Source of the DNA: Blasia pusilla
Taxonomy: Eukaryota
Reading direction: 5' to 3'
Assembly (NCBI GenBank): GCA_050084515.1
Contig: CM114271.1
Span: 1,922,001-1,986,000, forward strand
DNA length: 64,000 bases
The stretch's first letter is position 1; each line of letters opens with the position of its first letter. The translations under genes and the position numbers were made by a program. The notes beneath the pieces were generated by a model. The model ran no database searches, had not been told where the DNA came from, and saw only the letters and a list, made by a program, of their open reading frames with translations. This document shows, in pieces, positions 21,241 to 34,437 of this stretch.

Positions 21241-23844
21241 TGTAATTGGAAAAAATAAATTGACATATGATTATTGGACAAGAAAAAATTGACATATGAT
21301 AATTGGACAAGAAAAAAAAGTCTCATGTGTTATGAGCAAGAAGAAAAAATTTGAATTTGAATCTCATCACTAAAAAAAACTCTTCAAACTTTTTTTTTTC
21401 CAAACCTTATTAGTAACTATAAATAGGTACTTAATATTCTGTTCCAAATTCTTTCTCACGACCTCCTTCCCTTGCAAGGCGAGAGCTAGAATGAACGACC
21501 TATTCCATGACAGGACTACATCACGACTACGCGTGAGGATTTCTATTGCACGCAAGTACGATGCAGGCCTCTGCATGTCGATCTGCACCGGCCAGGCTCT
21601 GGACTTTACGAATAGTGTTTGCCCCACATGCATTCTACTACTACAGCATGAGTCGTTGAACGTTTGAACGAGGATTGTTTCATAGTTGAGGAGCATGACC
21701 TCGATGGGAATCTTATGTGCGTAAAACATTTTATTCCTTCAGACAGGAAAAAGGTACGGATACGCAGCAATGAAATTCCCGCTCACTTGTGCTTTTGCAA
21801 AAGCTTCGTGCGAATTTTGAGAATTACTTTTAGCATCTACCACGAAAACGTGCCTGCGGTTAACGTTGACGACTGCTTCACTTTTCTCTGGATCTATGGG
21901 GGCTTCACGTGTCTACATTCATTCCTCTGGGTGTCTCCTTCTGTCCCATTTCCCTCCGATTGCTAGTGCATCTACTTCCAAAGAGCCTAATCTGTCCTAC
22001 TCCGTTCTGCACGAAGTCTTTTCGCACTAGGACACCTAGCAGACAATGAATGCGACTTTGTGTCTCGGTTATCGATGCCCTTTCTCACACCCCCTTTTCC
22101 GTCGTATGGATCCGTATAAGACAGACAAGCGGAGGAGATCACACCAATTAAAGGGAAATTTCATCAAAGTTCTCAAACCTGCTGAAGGTTGTTCAGATCA
22201 TCTGCCCTCTCCCTTTCCCTTTTCATCAAACCATGTCCTCATTGGCTTTTGTGGTGGATTCCATGACCTGCTCGTCTTTTCTTCAATCAACGACAGCCTC
22301 CATTTCCGTGCGATAGCCACCGTACAGTCGATATATTGTTTATTTTAATTTGTGCGGAGAAGTGTAACGCTACGGTCTGACTTGGTGTAGCAAGTCCATC
22401 TCTCTTGAGAACTGTCGTGGCTACGGGAGATCGAGTGTTCTCTCGGTAATGCTAACCGGACCGGCACCAAGAGTCAGAGAAGACAAGGAGCGGGCGGAAC
22501 GAAATGCCTGCAGTGAAAAAAAAAAATATTCATTACCGGTAAACGGTTTGCAGCTATGCAGATTTTGCCGATGGAGTAGCCGAGAAGGACGCGCGTGCGT
22601 CAGCGCTAGGAGTGGCCATGGGCCAGGCTCTTTGAAAGTAGCTCCACCTCTACGCCATAAGACAAGGTCTTTGCAGGATCCATAAGGACACAAAGGCAAA
22701 GCCAGTGAGCCAGCGAATTAGTCATCTCTTGACCCGCCGCCCTGTACAATTTTGCAGTGTTAATCCTGGCGAGAAACCCTCCGAGCTTTGTCCACAGTAC
22801 TTGCGTGAACCACGGCTGTCTGCATACTTTCCGTCTTGCTTTTCTACAAAACATCGCACTCCTTGGGAGGAGTGATCCGCGGATACAGAACGAAGATTCC
22901 GGCTTCACCTGACTCTGAAACCCCAGAAAGCATCAAATCGCATTAGTCTAGAGCTCCAAGAATGGTAATGGTGCCGGTGCCGGTGCCGTTCAGACCATAC
23001 GGTGATGCTCTTCGTGTGCAATTGCGATGCATGACGTTTCCTTCCCGCTCCCATCTAACATCGTCATCAATCGCACCTTCCGAACCACAGGTTCAAGGCC
23101 AGTGTTGTAGGTCTTCACATTAAAGTTGATTTAGGTTACGCGAAGATCCTAGGTGCTATGCCAGCGCTTCGGTAGAGCAGTGCGATCTGGGCAGGGAGGT
23201 CGTGAAGGACGGTCGTTTTGTTTCACTGTTAAATAGAAATGCCTGATTGATGGAAGACAATGAAAGAATAAGTGTCAGGGATCCATGCATTGCTACAAGA
23301 TCTGCAGGCAAAGCGTGAAGGACGGCAGGTTTCTCCTTGCAATTAAATTCCGTCGAAATGACTGATTCATGGAAGACGATAAAAGAACAAGGGCCCATGA
23401 TCCATGCGTTGCTCCAAGATCTGCCAGCGAGGTGTGAAGGACGTCTGGTTTCGTTTTGCTATTGGATTAATAGAAACGCAATGGAACGATCGCTTGACGG
23501 AAGACGATGAATGAACAAGGCTCCATACGTACCTCCCATATCTGCAGGATCCTCGCGGAACGTCCTTCGCAATCATCATCAATTATAATACTTTTAGAGA
23601 ATCTGCGAGTTTAATGTCAGCCTTTCAGCTCCGCCGCACCATTTCCTCCATCCTCCCCTCTGCTGGTGGGCCCTCCGCCGGTTTCCTCTCCACTTTTTCC
23701 ATCTCCGCTCACTCCGTTCATTGGCACTTAACCAGCGGCGCCTTCACCAGATCCGACTCTCCCTCCCTCGAAGAAATTTTTTTTCTCCCATTCTCGTGAA
23801 TTCGTGTTCCGGTGAACAAATTGGAAAAGTACACGACAATCCAG

Positions 23845-24050
23845 CGTCTGAACGGGGAAAAACCATCTACTGCTCAGGAGTATATGACGCTGTGAAAATC
23901 ATTTGTTTTCTCAGCGGGAAACGACACGAGAAAAATATTTCTCGTGTCGTTCTTCTTTTTTCTTCCTGCGGTTGTCTGAACGGGGAAAAACCAGCTACTT
24001 CTCAGGAGTATATGACCACTGTGAAAATCATTTGTTTTCTCGTGTCGTTC
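23845..24050 (+). repeat. Local tandem duplication (TCTGAACGGGGAAAAACCA...CTCAGGAGTATATGAC...TGTGAAAATCATTTGTTTTCTC)
   Basis: Two copies, at about 23845 and 23975. Confidence 0.7.
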
Positions 24051-24196
24051 TTTGTTTTTCTTCCTGCGGATGTTTCTCTCCTTTCCTTTTCTTTCCTTTC
24101 CTTTCCATTTCCGGCGCTCCTGTTCACACCAACTCTGACCAACTCTCACCAGATGCTATGAAGCTTATACCTACGCACCCAGGTGTACATCTACGA

Positions 24197-24548
24197 TCTT
24201 CTATATAATAAAAAGAGGATGGAGTACACTTGTGAATAATACGGGGCTCGGGAGGAAACCTTTTCACAAGTGTACTTTCCGTACTTATTACTTCGGTGTA
24301 ATATTTAATCTAAGAGTAAAATTAATAGTCATAGACTTAGCAGATGTCTTTCGCCCACACAAAGATTTTATTTTATTATTGGATAATGTCTTTTCATTTT
24401 GCCAAAATATTTTCTTTTGACTCGTGTTTTTTTTTAACAAAATCTTTAGTTGTCAACCAATAGGATTATTTGAATTCAATTATATATTTTAAATGGGTGA
24501 TTCAAAATTATTTTTAATTAATATGTGCATCGCACGGGAACCGGCTAG
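24197..24548 (+). mobile_element. Non-autonomous Helitron
   Basis: A|TC start; 3' hairpin GTGCATCGCAC then GGGAACCGG-CTAG|T. The 5' TCTATATAATAAAAAGAGGATG resembles the start at 48101. Confidence 0.7.
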
Positions 24549-26908
24549 TACTTCTTAATCCTTCAAGGGCACTCAAATGCTCTCTTTCCTCCGAGTTACT
24601 TTTAGGATGTCTGCACCGGTACTCCTCCAAATAACGCTCGATTCGACGAGTGGGATCATGCATTTGTGAATGCCCCAAATTCCACATGATTCTTGTTTAG
24701 GTGCTATTATCGTCATATGACTTGTACGGCTCACAAATGACAACCATTGATTGATGGCCAATGGTTGATTAGATAAGCTATATCCTCAAGATGTTGTATA
24801 ACATATCCCATTACGTAACTCCCTTGTGAGGGGCTTTCATGTGTAGAGAGAACGATACCACTCCATGTGAGATTCATCCCTTCAGACAGATCTAGAATGA
24901 CGGATCAGGTTGACTTGATGATGGTCGACGATCTAATTACAAATGGTAGAGGAGAGCCTATTCTTACACATGTGGTTGCACAAGAGAGATTGTTGTAAGG
25001 AGACGTGACAATAGGGAAGAAGAACCAATTTTGTATTCGTCGTCACGAGAGGCATCGCTTGATGCTATCAACTGTTGAGATGTATGGAGATATGGGGCAA
25101 GAGATCTGACACATTCTTTGTTTTCCAATCACTCCCTAGGTCATACTAATCAAGCATTATAAGAAATCATATGTCTCCCACAAACTTCCTTCTATTTTCC
25201 TATAGAAGCCATGGACGCTCTGTAAGTTTTAGGTTCGTGTTCCCTAATAGGTCCTCCATAATTGAGTGAAGAACTCAACAACAAGGTTGAACCTAGGGCG
25301 GACCCCAACTGGATGATGTAACTTGCCCTCAATGGCCCCCACCTCCATATATGGATATCACTTGAGCTTGAGGAAGTAGCCTTTCTTACCACCTCCTCAT
25401 CATTAGAAATGGTTAAGTCCATCACACATAATGAGGATCATAATGTTGCCTCCAAGCCTAAGTCACACCAAATCTTGAACTTTTGTTATGAATTCATGTA
25501 ACTTGGTGGTATCAACGGCCCTTGAAAAATATGTATTGTCCTCTACCTTGGTCGTCTCTTCTCCATCTAATGATTACACAACTGCGAAGAGGGGTTGAGG
25601 TTGTTCATCACAAAATAACCCTCAATATCTTGCATACCTCTACAATATTATTTTCATCGTGTTTAAGTTATCCATTCTAGTCGTAGAACTTGATGTTGTA
25701 AGGATTTTCCCAAGGTATTGGGCATACGAGATGTTATGGTGGATGGTAGAGATGTATAGAAAGTTGATGTTTGGATTAGTGGGATACATATATCCATGTG
25801 GTGTGCCTCATAGGGATTTCCAATTACCTATGATAGGATAGATTTGACATAGACCACATGCACTAAAGAAGCATTACTATACTATACTACCTATTGCCAC
25901 ACTCTACGCCTATCAGATTATGTGAAGGAATAAATTAGACCGGCGTACACTTGGGTAGGATTTTTTGGGATTTGGCTTAGTGAGAACAAGAGGTCATAAT
26001 GCGAGAGGGGCTTAAGAGTCACCATGCGCAACATCCTTTCACGGATTCAAAGGAAGGGTTGGTGAGAGTAGTCTTAGAGGGTTTTTTGAAAATTATCACC
26101 ATCTCAATTGTAATACAAACTTGTTGTCTCCTCAATGAGCACTAACATGCATAGCTCAATCTCCTTAAGAAATATGGTACAACCAAGATCTCTCGTCAAT
26201 GACATGTGCACACAAGCCATCTGCTCTACCCTAGCCTATGCTAGTAAGTTGAGGGGAAATTCTTAAAATGGAAAGCAAACCTATCCAAAAGTAATGAACT
26301 TACTTGAAATGAATTTGATCTCTTCTCAACTACCTCTATATCTAATCCTCTAATCATGGATAAGATGCACGATGAACAAGGTTAGGCCTCTCGCCATAAG
26401 AGCTCAATATGTTTAATACCATTCGACTTGAGTCTCATTGGCTCAATAAGAACATCTATATGAATATTACTGGCACTTAATAATGTGCCATACCACCGAA
26501 AAAAGAGAGGAAATGGGACTTATATACGTAAGTGTCGGTAAGTCACATCTAAGGCAATAAATCACAATTGACCTCCTAAAATGAGCATTATAAAAGACCC
26601 CTATAAGTCTTGATGTAATCTTACCATGACACATCAACCAAAAAGAGAAAAGACAAGATATATGAGATAAAGATGAGAGTGGGGCCATAGATTGGTGAAA
26701 AGGAAGATAAGGATGAGGTTGGGGAATATGAGGTTGGTACATTAGAGTTCAAAGGAGATCCTCTCATGCTCTGAGAGTATGACACGTGGTAGAGCTAATT
26801 TGTCTTCATTGTACATATCTCTAAGTATATAAAGGAAGAGGAGAGGCCTCGATGGGCATTCTACCTTTGGGCAACTCTAGAGTGGTTCCGTGAGCTGGAG
26901 AGTTACAA

Positions 26909-26920
26909 TGATATCAGAGC
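26909..26920 (+). promoter_or_regulatory. Primer-binding site, initiator tRNA-Met type
   Basis: TGATATCAGAGC, one mismatch from TGGTATCAGAGC, 1 nt after the LTR end CA. Confidence 0.8.
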
Positions 26921-27067
26921 AAGGTTGCTCTTCCAACGAGAGTGGATTTCCCCTCTTGGAAGCATAACCAAGTAATGATACACTATCAAGAGTTAGATAG
27001 GTTATTAAAGGCTAGTAGTGGCTATTGAGTGCAAGTAGAATAAGGGGGAAGGGCTATTTTACAGATA

Positions 27068-27500
27068 ATGGATAGAGGGGGAGCAAGAGTGGCTCCTAAT
27101 TTTCCATTTCTTAATCCGTTCATCATCAAATTCTTATATGTAGATAGACACTGGTTCACAAGATACCTCGTACATCACTTTGGTGAAATTTTCATGACGA
27201 AAGTGATGGAGTCTCGCTTCCCGATGATACTCCCTATTGTTACATATAATCGTGTGTGGGATTGCACTATTTATAATTGTTTTAGATGACATATGGGGAA
27301 TGGATTTGAATAGACCCCCACAAGTATTTTTTAACACTCAATGTATAGTCCATGTGGTTTGTCAACCTAAGATAACATATAGAGAATTCATGGTGAGAAA
27401 ATTTGGCCAAGAGTATTATGATGAAGTTATTGCATCAACACTGCCTTTTGTAGTCCCTATTGTGCAAAATTGGCAAGTGTACATCTTGATCTTATATTAG
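27068..27500 (+). pseudogene. Unknown ~140-aa accessory ORF (one frameshift) between PBS and gag-pol
   Basis: Homologous to 37216-37650 (VDRHWFTRYLVxHFG...ILPIVTY...FG..YEEV...FVxPxxxxWxVYI). Confidence 0.65.
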
Positions 27501-27652
27501 AGTGCTAGTAAAGGGTTAGGGGAAAATCGAAAGCGATCATGGAAGAAACTTTGAGGGATATGATTCGTGAATTGAGAGTTGAGAGTTGCATTTGATCTAA
27601 GTCAAAAGCAAGTCCAAGAATTAGCACAAGAAGTTGCTTCGGTAAGTAAGAA

Positions 27653-27771
<119 letters not shown>

Positions 27772-27933
27772 ATGAGAGATAATTCATGGCTATGGTCATA
27801 TAGCCATGAATTATCGTCTTCATAGGCTTAGAAATAGACAATATCATTGCCTTCTTAATCATCTTGAAGGAGGAGACATGCATGAAGATGACAAAGAAGG
27901 CATACCTCAAGGAAACGCCAACCACCAATAATC

Positions 27934-30560
27934 GTGCCTCGCGGATATACTGGTTCTAACGAAAGGAGGAAAGGTGAGGGTCGACACAAATATATGGAGG
28001 TAAATGGTTTGAAAAAAGGAGAAACGCGTCTCATTGTTATAGATGGGGAAGTAGAAGGATCCCAAGTTAGAGTGTTGATTGATCTTGGTGCAACAAAAAA
28101 CTTCCTTTCAGGAGCCATATCTATGAAATTGGGCTTAGCTTTAGAGAGGGATAAAAAAGAAGAGGTAGAATTTCCAAACGGGCAAACAAAAAAGATTGAG
28201 AAGCTTCCTCGAAGGGTGGAGTTGAGGATAGGAAAATATCAAGAAGAGTTGGAGATGAAGGTCATTAGAGTAGCACATTATAATGCTATCTTGGAGTGCC
28301 TTGGATGGAACACTATAATCCGGAGGTAGATTGGAGAAAAAAGATTGTTAAGACTTGAGAATGGAAGCTTTACGGAGATAGAGTCAAGTCACGTTCTAGA
28401 ACCCTACCCCTATATGTAATAGGAAAAACCACCATCAAACATCAAGATGTATGTTTCCTAGGTTTAATAAGAGATGTCGTGCGTATACACATTGCTACAC
28501 AACATACATTGCTGGTCACATCCACACCACACAACACCCATCTTCCCAACACACGCATAGATCCACACATGTATAAAAATCAACTCATACATATACATGG
28601 AGATCACACAACCATCTTCCTCCCTTATATAGGGTTGGGAAGAGCCAAAAGGCTCTTCCCCTAAAAATAGCTATCCTCATGATAACCTACACGCACAAGT
28701 TACCAGGGGCGGGAGACCTGCTCAACAAGTCACCCGGATGTGAAGGACCTCAACAGGAAAGTTGTCAAAAACAACGTTCCTGACATAACGGATGTATGTT
28801 CAACCTCATCCGACACTGCCAGACAAAGTTACACTCAAGACAGTCTGCTGGCTCCTATGCCCTATGCACGATAGATCTCGGCCTATCGGCTACTTAGATG
28901 TGATAGAGATGTTGGTGGTTTGAAAAAATATTCACAAGTACCAGACAAGTTGAGAGGAGTATTGGAGGAATATAAAGATGTATTCCCAAATGATTTACCA
29001 TTAGGGTTACAATCCAAACAAAGGGTAGACTACAAGAGGTCTTATTATTAATTTGATCTTACTATTAATGCACTTGGGTAGGCTATTTGGTCTTACTATT
29101 AATGCATTTGCAACCATTATGGGCCTAATGAATGAAATCTTTCGTCCACATTAAGACAAGTCTGTCATTGTATTCTTAGATGATATCTTAGTCTATAGTA
29201 AAACCATAGAGGAGCATCTACGAGAAGTCTTCCAAATCCTAAGAGATAATGAGTTGTATGCTAAACCTTCAAAATGTGAGTTCAGTAAGACAAAAGTTGA
29301 TTATCTAGGGCATCGAGTAAGCGTAGAAGGCATTCAAGTGATGAATGAGAAGGTAGAAGCGATAAAACAATGGAGTGCACTTGAGGATCAAACTCAATTG
29401 AAGAGTTTTCTAGGATAAACATAATTCTATTGAAGATTTGTCAAAGGTTTTTCTCAAATTGCACAATCCTTGACGGCTTTACTAGGAAAAAGACAAATAT
29501 AGAATTGGGGCTCATCACAAGAGATTGCTTTTCAATCATTAAAGGATGCCTTGATCAAAGCCCCTATTATGAAGTGGTATGATCCTAATCGAACCATCAA
29601 GTTGGCCATAGATGCTTTAGGTACTAGCATTGGAGGAGTACTACAACAAAAATGGGAGGATGGATGACATCATAATGCCTTCTTTTCTCGCAAGCTATTG
29701 CCAACCGAGCAAAACTACCATACAATTGAGCGAGAAGAACTTGTTATTGTATTGGCAACCGAGAATTGGAAATATTACTTGGGCCATAAGGAGTTTATGG
29801 TGGAGATTGATCACAAGCCCTTGGTTTACTTAGAGTCCCAAAAGGAGCTCTCCAAACCCAAAATTTGATGATCATGAAATTCACCATGAAAATTATCTAT
29901 GTGGAAGGAAAGAAGCAGTTGGCGGACGTCCTAACTCGTACACCACAGATGAATAACATATCTAAAGTGGAGATTCACTCTGGTTGGTGGAAAAAGTTAT
30001 CCATAGCCACAAAGAAGGATGAAGAAATTGTAATTGCTATTCAGGCCAACAAAGTACACAAGGTTCAAGGATTGGTTTTCCATAAATGGAAAGTATGGAT
30101 CTTACAAGATCCATATTTACGCACTCAAGTAGATGATCATCGTCGAGATGTCAAGTCTTTAGAAGGAAACAAGGTTTGGTTAGCATCAACCAATTTATCA
30201 TTAGTAGGAGTTCGTAAGTTTAATCATCGCTATATTGGGCATTTTACTATCCTACAAAAAGTGGGTGCGGTGGCGTATAAGCTAGACTTATCGATGCATA
30301 TGAAAATCTATCATGTATTTTATGTCTCTCTTCTTCGATCGTTTATTCCACGCCCAAAGATATTTGAGGATAATATTATCACTCCACCACTTCCTCAAAT
30401 AGTCAAAGATCATGAAGAATTTGAAATGGAACGTATCTTGAAGAAACGCACTTGAGAAGCTCATTACCAACGAGTTGAATACTTGGTCCAATGGAAATGA
30501 TATCCACTATTTGAGGCCATATGGAAACCCTCAACCAACTTGGCCAATGCACCATTAATA
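27934..30560 (+). pseudogene. Chromovirus pol remnants: protease, RT, RNase H, integrase tail and chromodomain (integrase core deleted)
   Basis: VLIDLGATKNF; VFLDDILVYS, KPSKCEF, YLGH; LADVLTR; YIGHFTILQKVGAVAYKLDL; EEFEMERILKKR...VEYLVQWK. ORF 29865-30455 jumps from the pre-HHCC region straight to the integrase tail. Confidence 0.85.
28475..28905 (-). mobile_element. Solo A+B terminal unit of a related split-direct-repeat element
   Basis: Begins TGTCGTGCGTATACACATTGCTACACAACATAC (B-repeat end, cf. 30915) and ends TAGATCTC...GATGTGATA (A-repeat end, cf. 43511). Perfect TSD GAGA (28471-28474 / 28906-28909). Confidence 0.8.
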
Positions 30561-31872
30561 GCGCAAGAGTTTGAAAGTTATTACAACAAGGACATTGTGT
30601 CTTAAATAGGAGAAGGTTTATAACCATCCTTTGTTAGTCATAGTTAAGTTAAAATCTATGACATGAAGCGCATAAATGGGAAAGAATCAACAAAAAAGAG
30701 AAAAGGACAAGATATATGAGATAAAGATGAGAGTAGGGTCATAAGTTGGTGAAAAGTAAGGATAAAGTTGAGATAAAGATGAGGGTGGGATCATAGGTTG
30801 GTGAAAAAGAAGATAAGGATGAGGGTGGAGAATATGATGTTGAGACATTAAAGTCCAAAGGAGATCCTCTCATGCTATGAGAGTAGGACACGTGGCATAA
30901 GGATAGGTAGAGGTTGTCGTGCGCATACACATCGTTACACAACATATATCGCTATCACTGAACACACACACACAAACATGCACGATTCCATGCTAACTCA
31001 TGGCATCCAAACAACGAGACAAGAAGTACCAAAATATCTCCAATAAAATAAGATCCAATCTCTCTGACAACACCATAGTTCTCACATGTGTGCACTCTCA
31101 CATGTCTCTCTTAATGTCAAACCAAACCCACGTACTCTCCTAATAAGAGGCTTGGATTACTCTTACAAGGTAATGGACCATAGCTCCGATGCCTCGTGCC
31201 AAGAGATTCAACAAAGAGAGAATGAGCTCTCAAGCTCTCTCTCCTTGAGGTATACCCTTCCCTCCCCCAAGCTCTCTGCATGGTAACCTATGCTCCCAAG
31301 TCACCTCCTTGGCTCTTGACCTGATGTAGGAGGTCAAAAGCCACTTACCAAAAATAGAAATTCGACCATATATTCAAAATGGTACTTACCTAGAATAGTA
31401 AGTTCTTAAAAATAGCTCCAAATGAGCCGAAACGAAGGGGAAACCTACTCTCTCAGGTTTCTCGGGGCCTCAGCAGGTCATCCTTGACCTCTTAAGCCTA
31501 TCCTCCACTACTCGAGAAGACGCTCTACTAGATCTCATCGATCTATTCTAAAAGATGTGACAGTTATCGTGCGCATACACATCGCTACAAAACATACATC
31601 GTTGTCACCGAAAACACACACCAACACGCACAATCCCATGCTAACTCATGGCATCCAAACAACGAGACAAGAAGTACCAAAATATCTCCAATCGCCCCCC
31701 TAGGTGGTGGTTAGGTCCCTCTAACTCCCAAATAGCCATCTATCCCTACCTACCATGACATACATCTCTTGGACGATAAGAGCAAGAAGGCCGAGTGCTC
31801 ATATGGCCCCATCGTTAGTCGCCTTCTTGTCATCCATATCATAGACAAAAGTCAGAATGTAGAACTACCTAT

Positions 31873-34437
31873 GCTATGTACGTATGGGACACATCCATCA
31901 TCCCTGAGGAACCCTAGTGAGAGGTGGTATCAAACATGCCATGTGCCATCCTCTCGAACATCCATCACAGACTAGCATAGTGGTAGCACCGCGGGTAGAA
32001 CCACACAACATACATTGCAAGCATGCAAGAACTATTGTTAAGCTCGGATCAACTGCATCTTCAATGTTTGGAAGGTGACACGGCACACAGTTACGCACAT
32101 GGTCCTTCCAAACCATACCATCGCGTCCTTCCAATAAGAGGACACCTGATGGCAAAACCTCACACACTCTCAAGATGGTGCGCCCTACAGTCACATATAA
32201 CGTCGTGGATGCCATCTATTGCAAGTAGACCTAGTCTCCCTGATGAAACCTCTAGATAGTAGTTTGATAATCACTCCCCCCGCGAATAGTCGCATACCTC
32301 AATGTATCCCGATGCTGCGCAATCGCCAAGTTCTCAAACGCCATACGCATCACTCTCCGAAATAATTCAGCCCTCTGAGAACATGCTCGCATCCATACAT
32401 CAAGGTCATCAAGCTTCAAGACCTCACCAACATCTCGAAGAATGGCTGCAAGTAAATTTGGCTCTCGGCCATACAAAAGTAAGTATGGTGTGAAAGACGC
32501 TAAGGATGTCTGCCTGCTGAATCTATATCCCATGGCCAACCACGGAAACTTGAGGTCCCAATCTCCTAGGTGACCTCTCTGCAAGCCATACATACGTAGT
32601 CCTTTCCATCTACACAACCCGCTCCGCTAGTCCATCCGCCTCAGGATGATCCCGCGAAGTAGTGCGGTGGTCGATCAGTGCATGATCACACAAGGCATGA
32701 AACTCCCTGCAAAACTCTGTACCCAGGTCTGTCAACACCTAAGCTGGTGCGTCGTAATGACTCAACACTCAATCTAGGTAGGCATACACTACTCCCTCAC
32801 TGGCTTTGTCAGGAAATGCAACCAACTCTATCCACTTTGAGAAGTGCTCGACCATCACCAACACATAACGACTATGGTGCTCCGTCAAAGGCAAAGGTCT
32901 TGCAAAATCCAAACTCCATCTATCACGTAAACCCATGATCGGAAGTAGATGCAACTGTGGAGTCGGAGCATTGAACAATGCTTGGACTCGATCACACACC
33001 ATGCATGTGGCAACAAACTTTTGAACGTCACTTTGCATGCCTCGCCACCCATACTGAATCTGGAGCAAGCTGTATGTGTGCTTAACTCCAAAATGACCCA
33101 GTTCCTCGTGGGCATGATGCACGAAATGTGCTCTGTGCAGAGGATGTGGCACTATATGCACTCTACCATCCTTCCACACTCGCAACACATGTGTCCCCTC
33201 CCACCGGAAGTGTCTGGCTTGTTGTAGGATCCGATCCCTCTCTCTAGCAGCCACTGTGTTCGTGACGCTGCCAGTACGCAGGTACTCCAGGACCACTCCA
33301 TCGTCGTGAATGTCTCGACCACCGATCGTCTCCTCAGCGGCCTCTGGATCTAAGGACTCTACATCAGACCTCGCCATCAAAGTCTCAGCAATCTGGCTCT
33401 TCATAGCCAACAATCCCAAATAGGTTGACGCATGCTATCCTGACACCAACTCCTCACCACTCTTACCATGCCAACGAGCTCTAGTTGCATCTCGTTGACT
33501 CAGGCATGGGTTACGGCTCAAACCATCTGCATCTTGATTGAGCATCCCAGGTCTATGCACCATATGGAAGTCATACTCTTGCAATAAAAGAGCCCACCTC
33601 GCAAGCTTCCCTATAAGCTTGTTGGACTCCATCAACCACTTAAGTGGATGATGATCAGTAATGATGGTATAGGGATTTCTTAATAGATAACATCTGAAAC
33701 GTGCGACAACCCATACTGCAACCAAGCACTCACCCTCATATGAGCTATACTTTGCCTCTGCAATATTGTTCGAGCAACTAGCATAAGCCACCACGAACTC
33801 TCTAACATCATCATCATGCTGGGTGAGCACAGCTCCAAGCCCCAACATGCTCCAATCAGTATACAACTAGAAAGGAAGCCCCCTGATCGGTCTCCTCAAT
33901 ATGGGTGCGGATGTCAATCGGTCCTTGAGCAGCTAAAATGCTCTCTCCTGCTCACCCCAGTGCCACTCCTGATCCACCTTGGTCAGAAAGGTTAGCGGCT
34001 TTGCAATCGAACTGAAACCCTTGACGTACCGTTGATAGAAGTTTGCCAATCCAATGAGTGCACGAACTCGACTCACATCTCTAGGGCGTGAAATGCATGA
34101 AATAGCCTCTACCTTCGTTTGTTGCACACTAAGGCCCCCTAGCTATATCGTATGACCGAAGTACTCAATCTGGTCGTAGAAGAACTTGCACTTGCCTGGA
34201 TATAGCTTTAGCCCATGTAACTACAATGTCATCAATATAACACCTTGCAAAATCCAGACCTGCCAAGATCCTATCCATGACCCTTTGAAAATCAATCGGG
34301 GCGTTCTTTAACCCAAATGGTAAGAACCGCCATTGGTACAAGAAATCCTTCCTGTGAGGATCGATGCCCCAAAATGTTTCTTTTGCCTGTCCTCCAATCT
34401 GATAGGCAGCTGATGGTATCTGGCTCGAAGATCTAAC
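31873..34437 (-). pseudogene. El-3 RT (C-terminal part), RNase H, integrase, PHD
   Basis: LPFGLKNAP..CYIDD; YTDWSMLGLGAVL; HAHEELGHFG..CMVC; WSLDF; CMLC..CDGCSRGWHMAC. Confidence 0.9.

Noticed and set aside
21370-23800. Host protein-coding gene between the two TE blocks
   Set aside because: Only short ORFs without recognisable motifs and no consistent exon chain found; a gene cannot be excluded without RNA data.
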